DNA of 35,268 nucleotides from a virus: UHGV virus genome UHGV-0140091; one strand, 5' to 3'. Shown piece by piece: positions 33,021 to 35,268 of this stretch (position 1 is its first letter; each line of letters starts with the position of its first letter). The notes under the pieces were generated by a model. It saw only the letters and a program-made list of their open reading frames with translations, ran no database searches and was not told where the DNA came from. The position numbers and the translations under genes were made by a program.

Positions 33021-35165
33021 TTACATAGAAACTCTGTCACGAATCTCAGCGATTTTTGCATCATTCATTCGTGATTCACCTTTAATCTTAGTCCATCCAA
33101 GATAACCACACACCCTGTTAATCACAGAGATATCATGTGAGTGACAAACTTCACACTCTTCAACATCTGATTTTGGTCTGTTACCACAATGTTCACAGAT
33201 TGCTAAGTCAAAGTTAAGTCCCTGATAGAAACCTTTCAACATCCCTCTGGTAATACAGCTTTTAAGTGCTGGTAAGTTTTCTGGGTTAGCTACCCTGACA
33301 TACTGGATTCTGCCACCTCTACAGATATGGAAGAATGGCTCTTCTAAGTCCTGCTTCTCAAATGGTGAGATGTCTGCTGCAACATTCATATGGAAACTGT
33401 TTGTAAAGTATTCCTTGTCAGAAACACCTTTGATAACACCAAACATTTCTCTGAACTGTTTTAGCTGAGTTCCACAAAGTGATTCTGCTGGAGTACCATA
33501 GACAGCATATAAGAAGCCATCTTCATTTTTAAACTCTTCAGTTTTCATGTTAATGTATGCCAGAACATCGTATGCAAAACTATAGCTCCCAACTTCATGC
33601 AGCCGTTTACCTTCAGCAAGAACAGATAACTCATCAAGCGCAGTAACCCCAAAAGAAGCTGTGAAAGACTTCACGATATCCCAACCAACCTTGTCAGTAG
33701 GTTTCTTGGTCCCTTTGTACAGACCACCTTGTGTGAATGCAAGAGGATTAGAGCTTGCTGGCATATTAGCAATCATTTCGTAGCGTTTCTTGTGGAAGCT
33801 GCGAATCATCTCTAGGTACTTGTCAAGCTCTTTCCAGAAATCTAAACCATTCTCTTTAGAATACTGGTAAATCATTGGTAAGTTCAAAGACACAGCACCA
33901 ATGTTAGCACGACCAACGTAGAACTCTTCTCCATTCTCGTTAAGATATGGGGATAAGAAAGCTCTGCAACCCATCGGTGAAATTACCTTGCCAGAACGCT
34001 CAAAAGCCTCTGCTACAGCACCATGACCAGATACGCTTAAGAAATCTGGATACATTGCTTTAGAGCAACACTCAATAGCTTTACTGTACAGTTGGCCTTG
34101 ACAGATATTCTCATCGTGTCTCTTCTGGTCATGAATATAAACCAGTTTAGGGAATACAACAGGCTTCTTACTCTTACCTTGTCCATTCATGCGAACATCA
34201 AGAATGGTGTTTGCAATCATGTATTGTAGCCGGTTGTCTTCATTAGACATGTCTGAGTCAAGTAAACCAAATGTTAAAGTTGTGAATGCGAAATCACCAC
34301 GGCTACAAGGTACAGTGTTCAGTTTCATTTCAAGTGACTGAAAACCTTGAGTTAATTCAATTTGTAACTGCTCCATTACATAATTGTGGTAATGCTCTTT
34401 AGGAATACCATAAGATGATGCTTTCTCAGCATGATAGCGTAGAGACTTCTTAGCATACGGTACAAGTACCTTATCAATCTCTGCTAAAGTAAAACCACCA
34501 AATTGCTGTGCAGTTGCTGAAAGTACTACGTCACCAATAACCTGCAACGCTGACAGTACAGATTTAGGTTCACAGTACTCAATGCCGGACATTTCAAAGC
34601 CACCTTTCAGGACTTTACCAATGTCAAACAGGCAACAGTTAATACCACCAAAAATCAGGTCTCTTAAATCATGGATATAGATAAAGCCTTTCTCAATGGC
34701 TTCAAGTTCCTCTGGTGTTAGATGATACTGTTTAAAGATTTCTTTAGTCAGGTAACCACGGATAATTGAACCTTTCGTAGAAATTAAACTGCTGTCAAAG
34801 TTAGCATTTTCACGGTCACCTAAGAAGAGTGTATCTTTAGTCTTCTGGTAGAGTTCATCCCAATTTTGAGCAACCTCTTTACGGTAATTTCTATATGTTG
34901 AGTAAGACTCATAAATCTCGTGATTGACTTCTGCCAAAGCACCCTCAACAATACTGTGAATATCATTTACCGAAATTAGCAAATTATTCTGCTTAGTGGA
35001 CTTTACCAGAATCCTCATAAATGCTGACTCAAGAGCTTGAGTAACATCTGGTGGAAGCTCTTTATAACCAACTCTGTTAGCTGACTTTGTGACTGCTGCT
35101 AAAACTTTTTTGATATCAGGTTCTTCAAGTGAGCCATTCTTTTTAATAATCTGTACTTTGTTCAT
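33021..35165 (-). CDS. nrdD: anaerobic ribonucleoside-triphosphate reductase (class III)
   Basis: 714 aa; C-terminal Zn-ribbon CEHCG...CEVCH followed by glycyl-radical motif RVCGYLG; intact single ORF. Confidence 0.9.
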   Translation of the reverse strand: MNKVQIIKKNGSLEEPDIKKVLAAVTKSANRVGYKELPPDVTQALESAFMRILVKSTKQNNLLISVNDIHSIVEGALAEVNHEIYESYSTYRNYRKEVAQNWDELYQKTKDTLFLGDRENANFDSSLISTKGSIIRGYLTKEIFKQYHLTPEELEAIEKGFIYIHDLRDLIFGGINCCLFDIGKVLKGGFEMSGIEYCEPKSVLSALQVIGDVVLSATAQQFGGFTLAEIDKVLVPYAKKSLRYHAEKASSYGIPKEHYHNYVMEQLQIELTQGFQSLEMKLNTVPCSRGDFAFTTLTFGLLDSDMSNEDNRLQYMIANTILDVRMNGQGKSKKPVVFPKLVYIHDQKRHDENICQGQLYSKAIECCSKAMYPDFLSVSGHGAVAEAFERSGKVISPMGCRAFLSPYLNENGEEFYVGRANIGAVSLNLPMIYQYSKENGLDFWKELDKYLEMIRSFHKKRYEMIANMPASSNPLAFTQGGLYKGTKKPTDKVGWDIVKSFTASFGVTALDELSVLAEGKRLHEVGSYSFAYDVLAYINMKTEEFKNEDGFLYAVYGTPAESLCGTQLKQFREMFGVIKGVSDKEYFTNSFHMNVAADISPFEKQDLEEPFFHICRGGRIQYVRVANPENLPALKSCITRGMLKGFYQGLNFDLAICEHCGNRPKSDVEECEVCHSHDISVINRVCGYLGWTKIKGESRMNDAKIAEIRDRVSM

Positions 35166-35183
35166 TATTGCCCCTTTACATGC

Positions 35184-35206
35184 TAAAAAGGTCTCCGAAG
35201 AGACCC
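35184..35206 (-). terminator. rho-independent terminator upstream of nrdD
   Basis: Minus-strand GGGTCTC-TTCG-GAGACC hairpin followed by TTTTT, then GGGG ribosome-binding site and the nrdD ATG. Confidence 0.6.
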
Positions 35207-35268
35207 TTTCATTTTAAATCTTTTTAGAAAACTTAGAAACGAGTTTTCTCAGTTTTTCAGTGATGCCT

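Noticed and set aside
33021-35165. Group I intron or homing endonuclease insertion in nrdD
   Set aside because: The ORF is continuous with the C-terminal glycyl-radical motif intact, and there is no internal non-coding block.

Overview
This window reads as a segment of a large virulent T4-like phage genome, judged from gene content only since no database search was possible. From left to right it holds: (1) a minus-strand array of 9 tRNA genes interleaved with four copies of a conserved bulged-helix RNA module, one of which encloses a circularly permuted tRNA-like domain, immediately downstream of a frameshifted vWA-domain gene with Ro60-like architecture; (2) a divergent regulatory region followed by a plus-strand block of small genes including a GH24 endolysin and a tandem paralog pair with Ig-like repeats; (3) a ~1.55 kb ORF-free island bounded by convergent terminators and packed with short phased repeats; (4) a minus-strand hyperplastic region of 13 small genes, most preceded by a ~65-90 bp conserved repeat carrying a GC hairpin and ribosome-binding site; (5) a candidate anti-defence and metabolic cluster (TARG1-like macrodomain, overlapping spanin pair, HAD phosphatase, rIIA/rIIB-like pair, NAMPT-like plus PRPP-synthetase-like pair, NrdG and NrdD). 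The two observations I rate highest are the candidate Y RNA-like tRNA mimic system beside the Ro60-like gene and the two-gene NAD-reconstitution-like module. All coordinates and folds were derived by eye and need computational confirmation.
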